Numbered from the stretch's first letter, positions 13,871 through 26,273 are shown. The stretch is 64,000 nucleotides of DNA from Adineta vaga (GCA_021613535.1 CP075494.1:9858001-9922000); one strand, 5' to 3'. Program-made: numbers and translations. The notes: a model not told the origin generated them from the sequence alone.

Positions 13871-15244
13871 GAATGAGTTCAAACAGTGTTGTAATAATAA
13901 CTCTTCTATCTTCTACAAAAAAACACAAGGTTATGCAAATATAAAAGAATGAAAATACAGGTATTTTTATATATTCTTATCATTGTCCTATATTTGTTGA
14001 AAGTTTTATTTATATCATCAGTAATGAACTGTATACAATGGCAAAATATAATTATTCATTATAGAGAAAGTGACAAAGTGCACCGATTTAGCAACACAAA
14101 AGTTTCTATTTCACAACCATTTGTTCCGTTGGACTTTTACTCGAATAAAAAAAAGACTTCTCGTTCAGTATTTCCCTCTTGTTACTTACAGCATACTATA
14201 TTTTACATTGATATTGACATTCCTCATCTAGATTTTGATTCCCAAACATTAAAATAAACATATCTTTCTTGTTTTACTTGAAGAAAATATTATATTAACA
14301 AAATAAAAAGGAAGTCTTTTTCGATATAATATATACATATGTAATAAAAGAAAAAAATGTCTTTGACTTCGGTTTCGTTTCACAAAAATCGTAGTTCAAA
14401 TGATAAATTCAATCGACTTATGTGTACAAACAGAGGGCCTTGTCAATAACATCCGAGATCTAAAACTAATAATGAATTAATATGTGATTGTCAACATTTC
14501 TTAAAATCGGTAAACAGACAAAGCGTAGATGTAAGTGTTTTGCTTGCTTTCATTTAATGAAAACCACTTGATACAGTTTCAGTCTTTTGTGAATGAACAT
14601 ATTCAGTTTTAATATCTTTCTCAATATCATCAAGTAAATTGTTGGCTAACTTTGATTGACCATCGTCACATAAAGTATGAAATATCGTAAGTTTGTCCTC
14701 AACTGATAGTTGAATATTGTTGTCACTCATACTAGTACTTGCACGTGTAAATGTGGAACCCTTTTATAACTATAATCTTATTCAAATGCTTACATATCTT
14801 TATATAGAATCCATACTCTGTTGATATTTCTTTTGATAAAAGATCAGTGTATCAATAGGAAATGTGTCTTATTTTCCAACTTAAACATTCATGATTTTTT
14901 GCTGTGTTATGCAAATAGTTTGTAAAAATTAAATGGGTACTTTATTTATTATTTCATAGTTTTTCACGGAAAGACAGAATAAACTACTGAATGAGACAAA
15001 ATCACAGGTAAACGAGGTATGTACGTATTTCTATTCACTCACCTCCTAGAACTACATGATTGGTTACTTCCTTGCATTTAGGAGAGAACGTCAGAACATA
15101 TGCGGAAAGATTATTTTGGTTGTATATACTTCTATTTATTCAATTTTCGATGAAACTAAAAGATTTTGGTAGACGAAAAAGATTCGATTCGAATAAGAGT
15201 AAATATTTCATATATGTCCGAAAGATCAAAACATTCTAAGATGA

Positions 15245-15796
15245 TCATTTTAAAATAATACATCGACTTGATAATGAATCCATTCGATCTTTCTTCCATT
15301 TATTTTTCATATTTTCATTGTATAGTGCTTGTTTGTTACGAATATGTTCCTGTTCTTTAGTTTCATACTCTATTCTTGCTTCCGATTCTTGATTAGATAA
15401 AATCGAATACAACGTATTTTTCTTGAATTTTGAATCAGCTTGATTTCGTACATATGGATTGTCACTACATAAATCATCAACTAGAACCGTTTTCCATTTC
15501 CAATTAGGTGGCACTTGTGAACCTGATTCACCTGGTTTAGGCGGAAAAGGTCCAAAATCAGGATTTTCTGTCAAATCATCGGTGTGTTTATCGTCACGTC
15601 CAGCACCAATCAATTGCCATTTATTAAAAGATGCAACAACAATCAATGTAGTAATATATAGTGATAGAAAAGAAAGCATCGATAAATAAGCAAGAACAAT
15701 CAAGGAAATATATGAGAGCGCTTTAATTCTTTAGAAATCTTAGTTACTACCTACCAATATCGATATTTCAAATATATTACCTACTTGTACTTTCAT
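15245..15796 (-). CDS. Unknown protein with N-terminal hydrophobic segment; 3' exons uncertain (may continue to ~14554)
   Basis: ATG at 15796, short first exon and intron, then ORF 15703-15245; head-to-head with the oxygenase start. Confidence 0.45.
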
Positions 15797-16259
15797 ATGG
15801 TATTGTTTGCATCAGCAAATTATCGACATCTATTGAAAATTTTCTCGTTTGTCACTTAGAAAATTAGTCAGATCTCAGTTTTCGATTCAAGTCAATGTAT
15901 CAACAAAGCTCAGCGTTAATAGATAAGATTTAGCATATTTTTGTTCGTGGAAAGATTCGTACATATTCTTCAATGATAGACAATACAATCATCTTTCAGT
16001 GAATAAGTTACTAAAAGCTTGTGCAATACTGATTCAAAATGTAAGTAAAGACTATTGACACTATCTTTGTTTGTTTTAGATTATCCAGATAGAATCATAT
16101 GTCTCGACAGCAATTTCTTGGTAGTATTGATTTAGGTATAACAACATCGTTATTAACAAATACTACCATACCAATTCAAATAGACGAAAATATTCAAATC
16201 AATACAATTAAACATGATGAAAATCTTATACTGATTGAACTCGGACATTTACTTACACC
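15426..16259 (+). repeat. 834-bp direct repeat, copy 1 (copy 2 at 19267-20100)
   Basis: Near-identical sequence at a constant offset of 3841 bp with sharp boundaries. Confidence 0.95.
16099..16259 (+). pseudogene. Truncated 5' copy of the 2OG-Fe(II) oxygenase/F-box gene
   Basis: MSRQQFLGSIDLG...LGHLLTP, then an abrupt switch to unrelated sequence. Confidence 0.85.
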
Positions 16260-16880
16260 TTCTGAAACTGCGCAGTGATACAAACCACCCTACATTGCAC
16301 GTAGATACTATCAATGCTTAACGGAATTATGGAAGGCGTCATAAGAAAACTACGGAATCATCCGAAGGTGAACAAATTTAGCCATGTACTACTGCCCAGC
16401 ACGCTAAAACTTCGACAAATTTAGACAACAAATGACAGTTACCGCAAAATACACAAAAAAATACAGGATATTTAGTACACTGCCGGTAGTTTACGAAACC
16501 ATGACTAGTTTTGTATATTATGGACGGAACCTTTGGAGAGTTTACGAAACCCCCACGATTTTCGTAGATGCACCACAGATCCTTTGAGAAGTTTACAGAA
16601 CTATACCATGTTGAGTATAAATGAGGCAGAACCTTTAGAACACCTACTGAACCTCCAGTAGTTCTGTATGAAAGATGCGTAACCATCAGTAGTTTAGTTT
16701 GATACATAAAGAACTTGTTGAGGGTTTAGAAGGAAAACTACGGAACTATGTATGAATTTCTGAACCTAAAAAGGTTTTCTTTGGCGGCTACAGAACGTTT
16801 CCCACTCTGCCGAACTTATGATAGTTCGCCGCAGAACTATTGAACCTTTAAAGTTTGGTAAAGTACCTTTTTTTTGAGTG
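16260..16880. mobile_element. Probable single end of a CACTA/EnSpm-like DNA transposon
   Basis: Ends in TTTTTTGAGTG (reverse complement CACTCAAAAAA); dense short subterminal-type motifs (ACGGAA, GAACCTTT, GAACTAT); no partner end or transposase seen. Confidence 0.45.
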
Positions 16881-17706
16881 CTTGTAGAAGTTGAGAAGAA
16901 TTTATCTGATTATCTGCATAGCGTTTGTATCGAGTGTTAATTCGATTACTGTTCAATGTTTTTGCAATTCAATATTTTTATCTTCTGATCTTTTCTTTTT
17001 CGTCATTTTCTTTCGACATTTTTGGTGTTCGACGTTATATAGTAAAATCTCAATCGCTTTACTGATATATATCTAAAAGGATTTAATATTTTGGATTTTT
17101 TCATATCTTATTGGGATCTATGTTTTGCACAAAGTTCAAACTCAAAGGAGACTAGACAGTTAGAAACGTTTCCTCGTTAGCTCTCTCATGATTGAGACAG
17201 TCGTATCGTCCATCATAAGATCAAAAAGAACTGATAATCATTTCAATTATTCAATTAAACACTCTACTTTTAAAATTCTGTTTATTGAGAAATTAAAAAA
17301 CACAATGTTAAAGATACTGTAAAAAGATTCCTAACAAAAGCTTACGATTTCCAAGAGTTAATTATTACCTCTATCTCGTTCTCTGATCATGATTTTCAAT
17401 ATTTTCAGTCTTCCCTAAAATGAAAATGTTCCGCCGCCTATGACACTCAAACCCTCCTCTTTAAGTCTAATGTGTGCTCTTTCGTTGCTATTTGCTCAAC
17501 TTAAAACGAATAATGAAATACAAGAAGAAAAGGATTAAACAGGTAGAAAGGAAAAATTCGAAAGAACGAAAAAGTGCAGTATAAATATTGAAATATAAGA
17601 CGAGACACAAGTATGTCGGTGTGCATTGATAACGCACTTCACTTTCGTTGGTTATTTCCACATTATTACAGGGTTTTGTCCCATGCCAGGCTCAATAAAA
17701 GAGTGG

Positions 17707-17717
17707 TATATATAAAA
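17707..17717 (+). promoter_or_regulatory. TATA box upstream of the 213-aa ORF
   Basis: TATATATAAAA about 80 bp upstream of the ATG at 17794. Confidence 0.5.
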
Positions 17718-17793
17718 GAATTTTCGACGTTTAGTTTCGAACCAGTGCGAGTTACATCGAGTTGACATCGACTAGATTTACTCTACTACGGCA

Positions 17794-18435
17794 ATGGCGA
17801 GTAAAGATGGCAAAACTCTCGTTAAGGGGATCTCGACCACTGTTCTGCAACATTACGATCAATTTCAAATGGCTCTTGATCGAATGGAAAAGTATCATAG
17901 TTTTTCCAACGACTTTCAAGTGATGTCATTCAGCAAGGTGGATAAAGTGGCTCTTGATAACATTATCGACATGTTCGAAGATGAGGATGCGAAAAAATTG
18001 ATCAGCTCTCAAATTAACATTCTTAAAATGCAAAAGAAAGGAGGCGAAGCCAATGTGTTTCGTGGATCATCGAAGCCCGGTTCGAAGCGATTTTACAAAT
18101 ACATGTTCATCGCCAGGGTCAACTATGATGATACAGTCGATTTCAATTTGTGTAGTATGGAGAAACAAGGCAACTGGGACGTGACAAAAACGCTTTTCGA
18201 AATTTACGGCGAGTTTGGTGATACACTTTTTCGTTTTCTCACAGGCACAGCGGTCGTCGATGCGGCCAAAGAGTTTGCTGTGGCATGGGCTCAAGCTTTA
18301 GGATTAGCATCTCACAGATTACAAGCGCTTGAACAAGGCGAATTTATCACTGAATTCGACATGACCAAACGACTCATCGATGGTAATTATTGCGAATTCG
18401 ATAAAGAAAAGAAACAAGTATTCCTGAAAAACTAG
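17794..18435 (+). CDS. Intronless 213-aa hypothetical protein within the 3-kb insert
   Basis: Clean ATG-to-TAG ORF, visibly more GC-rich than its flanks, with a TATA box; no recognised domain. Confidence 0.65.
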   Translation: MASKDGKTLVKGISTTVLQHYDQFQMALDRMEKYHSFSNDFQVMSFSKVDKVALDNIIDMFEDEDAKKLISSQINILKMQKKGGEANVFRGSSKPGSKRFYKYMFIARVNYDDTVDFNLCSMEKQGNWDVTKTLFEIYGEFGDTLFRFLTGTAVVDAAKEFAVAWAQALGLASHRLQALEQGEFITEFDMTKRLIDGNYCEFDKEKKQVFLKN

Positions 18436-18530
18436 ACAGATTTGTAGACGAACGTATTTTTTTGTTAGACAAGAATATTCGCATACTTTTGTTCGAATGA
18501 GAATGATCATTCGCAGAACTATACTTATAG

Positions 18531-18587
18531 ATGGGTTTGGGTGTGGGTGAAGTAGCGTCTTCTTATGATTTACACCCACACCCACAT
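18531..18587 (+). repeat. Short GTGGGT/ACCCAC hairpin repeat, copy 1
   Basis: GGGTGTGGGTGAA...TCTTATGATTTACACCCACACCCAC; inverted homolog at 19149-19201. Confidence 0.6.
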
Positions 18588-19148
18588 AGAATCTATTTCA
18601 ATATATTGGGATTTTAATTTTCATCGCAAGTATACCTATAGTTATCCATATAATGATCTTGCTATGTAATGTAGCTTTTTCGGCATAAACATTTACTTCA
18701 AAATTGAAAAATAAATGTCTCTATGATGTTACAGAGTAAACTCTAAAATGTAAGGAAATATACTTTATGCATTATTTGTAAAATGGTGTCTATGATGTTT
18801 TTGAAATGTGCAGATACAGACTAAGCATTAATCATAGTTTTTCAATTGCCATATATTTCATGTTACTTGGAAATTACTTATGCGTCTTGACTGTGACCCA
18901 CTTACCTTAAAAATGGTATAAAAGACTTAGAAATTGAGTTCGAATGAGAGCATTATCAGGAGCTGCTCAGATGTTGTTTTGATCAATTTCTAAATGATTC
19001 GTTGAAACTGACGATTAACGTAGATATTTGTCTTTCTGTAGCAAAAAACTATTGCAAAACCTGTTCTTTTGTTTCGCAACCGATCACATACCCGCGATAA
19101 CGTTGTTGCATTGCTGTCCATGGTAATGCTTACCGGCAAATTTTGAGA

Positions 19149-19201
19149 GTGTGGCTGTGGATGTGAATCATAAGAAACCGCTGATTCACCTACACCCACC
19201 C
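19149..19201 (-). repeat. Short GTGGGT/ACCCAC hairpin repeat, copy 2 (inverted)
   Basis: Reverse complement GGGTGGGTGTAGGTGAATCAGCGGTTTCTTATGATTCACATCCACAGCCACAC matches copy 1. Confidence 0.6.
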
Positions 19202-19256
19202 CTCTGAATCAGCTCATCGTATTGTATTCCGTAGTGGAGTGAAGTTCGAATGCCAT

Positions 19257-19637
19257 CTAGTTTCTAAATTTTGAATCAGCTTGGTTTCGTACATATGGAT
19301 TGTCACTACATAAATCATCAACTAGAACCGTTTTCCATTTCCAATTAGGTGGCACTTGTGAACCTGATTCACCTGGTTTAGGCGGAAAAGGTCCAAAATC
19401 AGGATTTTCTGTCAAATCATCGGTGTGTTTATCGTCACGTCCAGCATCAATCAATTGCCATTTATTAAAAGATGCAACAACAATCAATGTAGTAATATAT
19501 AGTGATAGAAAAGAAAGCATCGATAAATAAGCAAGAACAATCAAGGAAATATATGAGAGCGCTTTAATTCTTTAGAAATCTTAGTTACTACCTACCAATA
19601 TCGATATTTCAAATATATTACCTACTTGTACTTTCAT
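19257..19637 (-). pseudogene. 3'-truncated duplicate of the unknown gene starting at 15796
   Basis: Near-identical up to ...NQADSKF, then a stop at the repeat boundary. Confidence 0.75.
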
Positions 19638-20100
19638 ATGGTATTGTTTGCATCAGCAAATTATCGACATCTATTGAAAATTTTCTCGTTTGTCACTTAG
19701 AAAATTAGTCAGATCTCAGTTTTTGATTGAAGTCAATGTATCAACAAAGCTCAGCGTTAATAGATAAGATTTAGCATATTTTTGTTCGTGGAAAGATTCG
19801 TACATATTCTTTAATGATAGACAATACAATCATCTTTTAGTGAATAAGTTACTAAAAGCTTGTGCAATACTGATTCAAAATGTAAGTAAAGACTATTGAC
19901 ACTATCTTTGTTTGTTTTAGATTATCCAAATAGAATCATATGTCTCGACAGCAATTTCTTGGTAGTATTGATTTAGGTATAACAACATCATTATTAACAA
20001 ATACTACCATACCAATTCTAATAGACGAAAATATTCAAATCAATACAATTAAACATGATGAAAATCTTATACTGATTGAACTCGGACATTTACTTACACC
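19267..20100 (+). repeat. 834-bp direct repeat, copy 2
   Basis: Matches 15426-16259. Confidence 0.95.
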
Positions 20101-22189
20101 AGACGAATGTGAGCAAATTGTTAATAATATTCGTCAACAAACATTCGAAAATATGCACGAGAAATATGATATTCGAAAACGAAATAATTCACGATTGATC
20201 GTCATGGATGAACAACTAGCTAAACTACTTTGGCAACGTATCGAGGTCAACAAGAAACTCACAGAATTAGTGACAAATATGAAACCATTAGGTTTTAATG
20301 TTCACGGTAAATGGCAGATGAGTCGAGTTAATCCTGCAATGAGATTGAATAAATATGATGAAAACGAATATTTTGCACCTCATAAAGATGCTCAATATGC
20401 ACCAAGTGGTGACGAACGATCTTTATTGAGTTTATTAATTTATTTAACTGATAATTATGATGAAGGTGAAACAAAATTTTATTTTCCAAAAACACAATTA
20501 TCAGTCATAGATATGAAAGGATTAACAATAAAAGAAGAAATTCAAGCTTATGGTGGTCTACAAAATGGTTATGAGTGTATTGCATTGAAACCAAAGAAAG
20601 GATATGCTATTCTCTTTACACATAATCTCTTACATGAAGCAATATCACCAAAAAAGACAAGCGATTCGAAGATGATGCAACGTTTTGTCTTACGAAGTGA
20701 TCTATTAGTAGAGAGAATTGAAAAACCTTCTGGATTTGCAGTTTGTCCAGAAGAAGAAGAAGATTATTTTGCTTGTTTAGATTTGTTTCGTGAGGCACAA
20801 CAAAATGAATTAAACGATGTTCGTCTATTCAATTCTTTTCAAGAATTGCACTCTACAGGAGATTTATATGAACGATCATTATCAATTCGATATTGTTATC
20901 CACGTTTACTTGAATATAAATTGAGTCAATCCAATCTTGAACAGCATTCAATCATTCATCAATTACCGTCGGAACTTTGGCTTCATATTTTTCAATTTAT
21001 GAATGAACAAGATATTCAATATTTAACATTTGCTGATCCAGAATTTCAATTATTAAAACTGATTTGGGATGCTCAAACGAAACAATCGATCGAACATGAT
21101 TCATTTCGATCAAAATTCTTTCCAACTATTCATACTCAATATGGTAGTCGAACATTATTTCGTTTTTCTGATGCAAATTTCTTCTTTCAACATGTTCATG
21201 AATGTTGTCGCGTAGCAGCTGTTTATGCATTCTTTTTATTAGGACATAGCAGAGATGCAACAACATATATTGTTCGATACGATCGAAATACTCAAGAAGT
21301 TTGTGAAGTGGAAATGAACAAACTTCTTACAGATGTATTTTATAATCGAAATTGTTATGGTTCGTTATATCGAATTAAACAAAAAGATGAAAATAAAAGA
21401 CAATCAACAATAGATTTCAATGCAAGTGTTGATCGAACATATATGAGTAATCGACATGAATCACAATTTATTGGCGAAGATCTTCTTTCACATTGTTATC
21501 TACGATATGAAAATCCGAATCGGAAAAGTGAAAAGAAATTCGATAATATTTATGATGAAAACAAGATTTTAGCTTTTCAACGAAATAACGCATTATTTGA
21601 TAGTAATGAAAGGCTTGTTGACCGATATGTAAATCTTTATGAAAATCCAAATTGTCGAATGCGATGTTCAAGAAATGGTTGTTTAGGTTTTCGAGAATAT
21701 TTATTGAATCAAATAGAAAAACAATCAAGTACGAATCTATTTCGAATGTTATTAAGTCAAGATCATGTTATTGATAATTTTTGTAATTGTTCTCTAAGTC
21801 ATAATCGATTCGAAAATGTTCGTGATTTAATACAAATCTATAATCATTTGATATTTGATTTTGATACACATCAACTCAAAGTTGAACAATTAACAAATCA
21901 ATCTTCAAATACATCATATCAATCAGTTTTACATAAATCAATTACAATCCTACAAACATTGGTTCCTCAAGACAATCCTATTTCATTCTATCGTACTAAT
22001 ATTGAAAAATTAGCGACGAAAACCAGAGGTTTTAATCATGCATCTTGTCAATGTTCTTATCCATCGGTGAAAGTCAATCAATTTTCATTTCTTGATTATA
22101 CACATCTATCTCACGTATATCTGACTGTTACTCGAAATGACAATGATGTATTCGTTTTGGCAACATATGATGGTATTGCTGCTCTCTAA
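19940..22189 (+). CDS. Prolyl-4-hydroxylase-like 2OG-Fe(II) oxygenase fused to an F-box-like motif and an unknown C-terminal region; intronless CDS
   Basis: RLNKY...FAPHKD (HxD), LLIYL...GETKF, PKKGYAILF.H.LLHEA (distal His), RFVLRSDLL; IHQLPSELWLHIFQFM is F-box-like. Confidence 0.8.
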   Translation: MSRQQFLGSIDLGITTSLLTNTTIPILIDENIQINTIKHDENLILIELGHLLTPDECEQIVNNIRQQTFENMHEKYDIRKRNNSRLIVMDEQLAKLLWQRIEVNKKLTELVTNMKPLGFNVHGKWQMSRVNPAMRLNKYDENEYFAPHKDAQYAPSGDERSLLSLLIYLTDNYDEGETKFYFPKTQLSVIDMKGLTIKEEIQAYGGLQNGYECIALKPKKGYAILFTHNLLHEAISPKKTSDSKMMQRFVLRSDLLVERIEKPSGFAVCPEEEEDYFACLDLFREAQQNELNDVRLFNSFQELHSTGDLYERSLSIRYCYPRLLEYKLSQSNLEQHSIIHQLPSELWLHIFQFMNEQDIQYLTFADPEFQLLKLIWDAQTKQSIEHDSFRSKFFPTIHTQYGSRTLFRFSDANFFFQHVHECCRVAAVYAFFLLGHSRDATTYIVRYDRNTQEVCEVEMNKLLTDVFYNRNCYGSLYRIKQKDENKRQSTIDFNASVDRTYMSNRHESQFIGEDLLSHCYLRYENPNRKSEKKFDNIYDENKILAFQRNNALFDSNERLVDRYVNLYENPNCRMRCSRNGCLGFREYLLNQIEKQSSTNLFRMLLSQDHVIDNFCNCSLSHNRFENVRDLIQIYNHLIFDFDTHQLKVEQLTNQSSNTSYQSVLHKSITILQTLVPQDNPISFYRTNIEKLATKTRGFNHASCQCSYPSVKVNQFSFLDYTHLSHVYLTVTRNDNDVFVLATYDGIAAL

Positions 22190-22513
22190 TCATTTATTTT
22201 AGTTATCACACTCTTTCAAATTATAGTTAGACATGTTGATATTCACATTAATATATCAGATACAAACAAGTCGCCATCGTTTTTCTGAACTTTCTTGTAG
22301 GATACGATCATTACAAAAGATAATTTCGTATTTTGATAGGCATTACTTTAGATACGAATGACGATAAAAACATTATTCATCATGTTATTTCACTTATGTC
22401 TAGGAAATTGTGTAACTTGTATATTTATACAAAAAATAAAGAGTAAGGAAAACAACTGTTTAACAATCAAAAATAATACTAATCATTGTAATAACATCTT
22501 TTACAGTAGTTAA

Positions 22514-23177
22514 TTAATAGTCTGTTTGTTGTACATTTGAATAATGAAAATCAATCAAATCGTCCGAATTTGTAGAAGGCGTTAAGTGAGCTCCGATGCG
22601 ACATCTTACTAGAATAAAGAGTAAAGCAATTGAGATGATCACAAATAATGAAACAAGCAATCCAATAGCAAGAAATAGTTGAATCAATGATGACAGGCCA
22701 TTCGGTAGTTCTAATACAACAGTAGTCACAGATGTTCGATGATAAAAACAAACATTACGCTGACCAATCTAAATCAAAGAACATTTTCTCATTCACATCT
22801 ATTCATATCAAATAAGTTCTGCTTACTTGTGATCGATCATGTAGTGTATGTGTATTCATCATTTTCACAGTACTTATGATATCACTTTGATTCTCAAGTC
22901 GATATTGGACTAAAATATGCTCATCGAAACAAGTATTTGTTTTGTACGTTGCACGAGTACCACAATTCATTGATTCATGTTTCAATAATGTATAATTTAA
23001 CACTAAACATGTTGTATTCTTGTGATTATTTATTACATTTTCAATTCTTCCATAAGACACTGCTGATTTTAAACTCCAGATAATGCATGGAATTAATAAG
23101 AAAAATAAATAAGTCGTTCCACAACGTAATGCTGAATAAATTCGATGATTTAATCTAACAGTATCAGAAATATACAT
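22514..23177 (-). CDS. Two-TM protein with a Cys-containing extracellular loop (channel beta-subunit-like topology), 2 exons
   Basis: ORFs 23177-22803 and 22729-22514 joined by a GTAAGC...TTTAG intron; two hydrophobic helices. Confidence 0.6.
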
Positions 23178-24145
23178 ATTTGTTCTTTCGAATGATTAAT
23201 AAGAAGCAATGTGGCAGTGGTTATGGACCATGTCGAACCGACTTCTTTCTCTTGTATTGATACAAATATATCCTTGATATTTATTTTTCTTTGCATTATT
23301 ACTGATCACCTTAAATTAAAAAAAAAGAGAAGAAAAGAAAAATATCTTGCTTATTTATTTTTTGTAATATGACTTGCAAAAAGAGGGCGAGTGATATTTT
23401 TATAATTGATAATAAAAGGTATCGTTTCGGAATTTCTCGAAGAAGAATATTACTATAGAAATCAAAACGATTCTCGCTGTATATGTATGACGAAGAAAAA
23501 AAACTATTTCAGTATGTTTATAATATGTACCCAATGAAGGTGAAAACAAGTACTACACATGTGTTACAAAATATCATAGACAACGCAAGTAATGTAACAG
23601 GTAAATACGAATATTATGACTATTAACATGGGCGTATACAAACATGAATAACACGGAAAACATGCAGACGGAGAATGCATAGTTTTTCAATGCTTCATTT
23701 TACATTTCATCGAATTACTTATTTGTATGATATTAGAAATTTAATTGAGAAAGAATTCTTTTGTATATACTTATTTCTAACCGAATAACCTAACATATCC
23801 CTATGATCATCATCTCGACATTTCCCATTGAAATAAAATTAATTTATAACAACTCATACTCCATAAAAGTATTTTGACCTTGTTGAAAAAACTGGTATAT
23901 CAAAAGCTAAGATTCTTTACTTTTAATCCAAACTATTTGTCAATATAGATATTGAAAGTATGAAGCAAAGGGGAAAAGCGAGACAACCCGATAGGTCAAT
24001 TACCTTTGAAGTTTTTTTTCTCAATAATCTACATGACATGATGTCTTATATATTGAGTTTGTCGATGAAAGTACCTATCTATTTCATATACATTCGAAAA
24101 ATAGTCGTAATAAGCAATATTTCATTGTCCCTAGAAGTGACAAAA

Positions 24146-24869
24146 TCATCAATCTTGCCTCCGAATACAGAACTTGATATTCTACTTTCATTTCCAACAC
24201 AGAAATTTGATTCATAACAACTTCCAATTGTAATTCGATTAAATTTATCACTGTCAACATAATCATTGCTTCCATTATTTTTATTCATCAACGTATCATT
24301 CATATAAATCTACCTGAAGAATAACACCGACATTCGTATAGACATAAGTAACATAATACTATTGTTGTAATTTCAATTGAATTGTGTACCTACTAAATCA
24401 TCATCAACAAATCCTAATCGAATATAACCATTTATCACTTGCTGTTATACCACAATGAGCAAATAACATGAAGTAATGATATGTGATAGCAAGATCAAAA
24501 GGTGAACCAATCCATATCCATATCCAAGCAGATATTGTAAAACTACTTTGAATTAAATTCATGTAACAATCAACAGAAGCACATGTACTAAAAGCAAAAT
24601 TAACAGAACTACCATATCCTGGTGATGATCAGAGATTTGTATAATTCTCCATTGTATTGATCATACACATCGTTGAAATTACCAGTGATACATGATAAAT
24701 TATGGTAACATTGACATGTACAGTCGCAGAATGTTGTCATCGATGATATACTAATTATGAGATTAGAAGGATCAAATGGAAAATATTCAGCTCAATAATA
24801 AATAGTCATAGGGATTGCTGTTGCAAATTGAAGAAAAAGTACAAGTACGACTAGTGACTTCATCAACAT
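24146..24869 (-). pseudogene. Secreted PAN + LamG/ConA-like pseudogene, 3'-truncated copy
   Basis: Signal peptide MLMKSLVVLVLFLQFATA, early in-frame TGA, SFTISAWI; cut after FGGKID. Confidence 0.6.
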
Positions 24870-25094
24870 TTTTTCAACTGAAACTCTTTTGTTTCTTCAC
24901 TACTTTTCTTTCATTATTTAAATGCTTTGAGAGAAGCTGCTAATCAAAATAAAATATCATTCATCATGATGAGTATACAATTATCAACTATATTTGCTGA
25001 TAACATTCATACTTTTATAATGTGATTCACATTTTTTATTCTAATTTATATTTTCTTTTCCAACAATAATAGCTCACTCAAAACATCCTCATCT

Positions 25095-25571
25095 TCATTT
25101 CACTTCGTTCGTTGATTGACAACATGGAGTCGAAAGTGAAAGATGTTGACCTGCTAAACCTATCAAGGGTGTCTTTTCACTTGACAACGCATCATTTCGA
25201 CAACGAATAATACCAAATATAAAGTGACCAGAAACTAATCCCAATAGTAATGTGATGAAAAAACCTACGTCATAGGTCATGACCAATAACATGATTCCAT
25301 AAGCAAGTAACATATGAATGCCATAGACGAAAGAAAGACACAACTGATGAACGATCAATGATGATCTTGTATTCAGTCTTGTCGATAGAAGATGACGACT
25401 ATGAATTAATAGTTCATTTGACAAACCCAAACAAAACACACCAATAATAGCAAAGACATATTTGAGATGAGTATTAATATTCCATCCAGGAAACAGAAAT
25501 AGTAGACATTGATCATTGAAAATCGAAAACTGAAAACCATTCTGCATCACCATACATTTGTCCATCATCAT
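25095..25571 (-). CDS. Ctr (SLC31) copper transporter, intronless, copy 1
   Basis: Met-rich N-terminus, LFPGWN, TM2 MLLVM (MxxxM), TM3 GLVSG (GxxxG). Confidence 0.88.
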   Translation of the reverse strand: MMMDKCMVMQNGFQFSIFNDQCLLFLFPGWNINTHLKYVFAIIGVFCLGLSNELLIHSRHLLSTRLNTRSSLIVHQLCLSFVYGIHMLLAYGIMLLVMTYDVGFFITLLLGLVSGHFIFGIIRCRNDALSSEKTPLIGLAGQHLSLSTPCCQSTNEVK

Positions 25572-26273
25572 TGTCAGTGAATTTCTCTTCTTTTTTCTTT
25601 CAAGAAAGCAATTTCATTTGATTATTGTAGTTCTAAAAAGGTAAATGGATGAATGAAAACATCAAGCTCCATCAAATGAGAGATTTTCATACGTTCAGAT
25701 ATTTCTTTTCAATACTTTTAACACAAAGCAAAATAAACATACGAAAAAGAAAATGATCAAATGTGTTTTTCAACACGTATGCGCTTCACTAATCATCATG
25801 TGATTATCGTTTCGCATCAATGCATTTTCTTTCTTTCTTGTACATAAAACACTTGTATCGAAATGTAGCACGATGACTTCAACTTGTCTTGTTCGGTATC
25901 GCTGAAACATTGTCTGAATAAAAACCACGACTAGAATGCTTGTCCAATGATCTATTCTTATCTCTTAGAGGGTGATTGTTTTGTTGATGAAATGGCTAGT
26001 TTAAATTGTTTTTTTTTATCAGTCTCTTTATAACATACATATACTTTGATTCAAGATTATCATATTGACTGATATAATAATTCAAAATAATATCTATAGT
26101 AGATTAGATTTCTTGAGAAAATGTACAATTAATTTCCCTTTTTTTTACAGCACATTCCTCTGTGACTATTTTGTTTTTGGAGGGTATACTTTTTTTCTCG
26201 AGCATATCATAATGTCGCGATAAACGCTACGTAAAACTGTTGATATCTTTGCATATTTGATTAATAAAAAAGT

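Noticed and set aside
15426-20100. 834-bp direct repeats as LTRs
   Set aside because: They consist of host gene and promoter sequence, lack TG...CA ends, and enclose no gag or pol.
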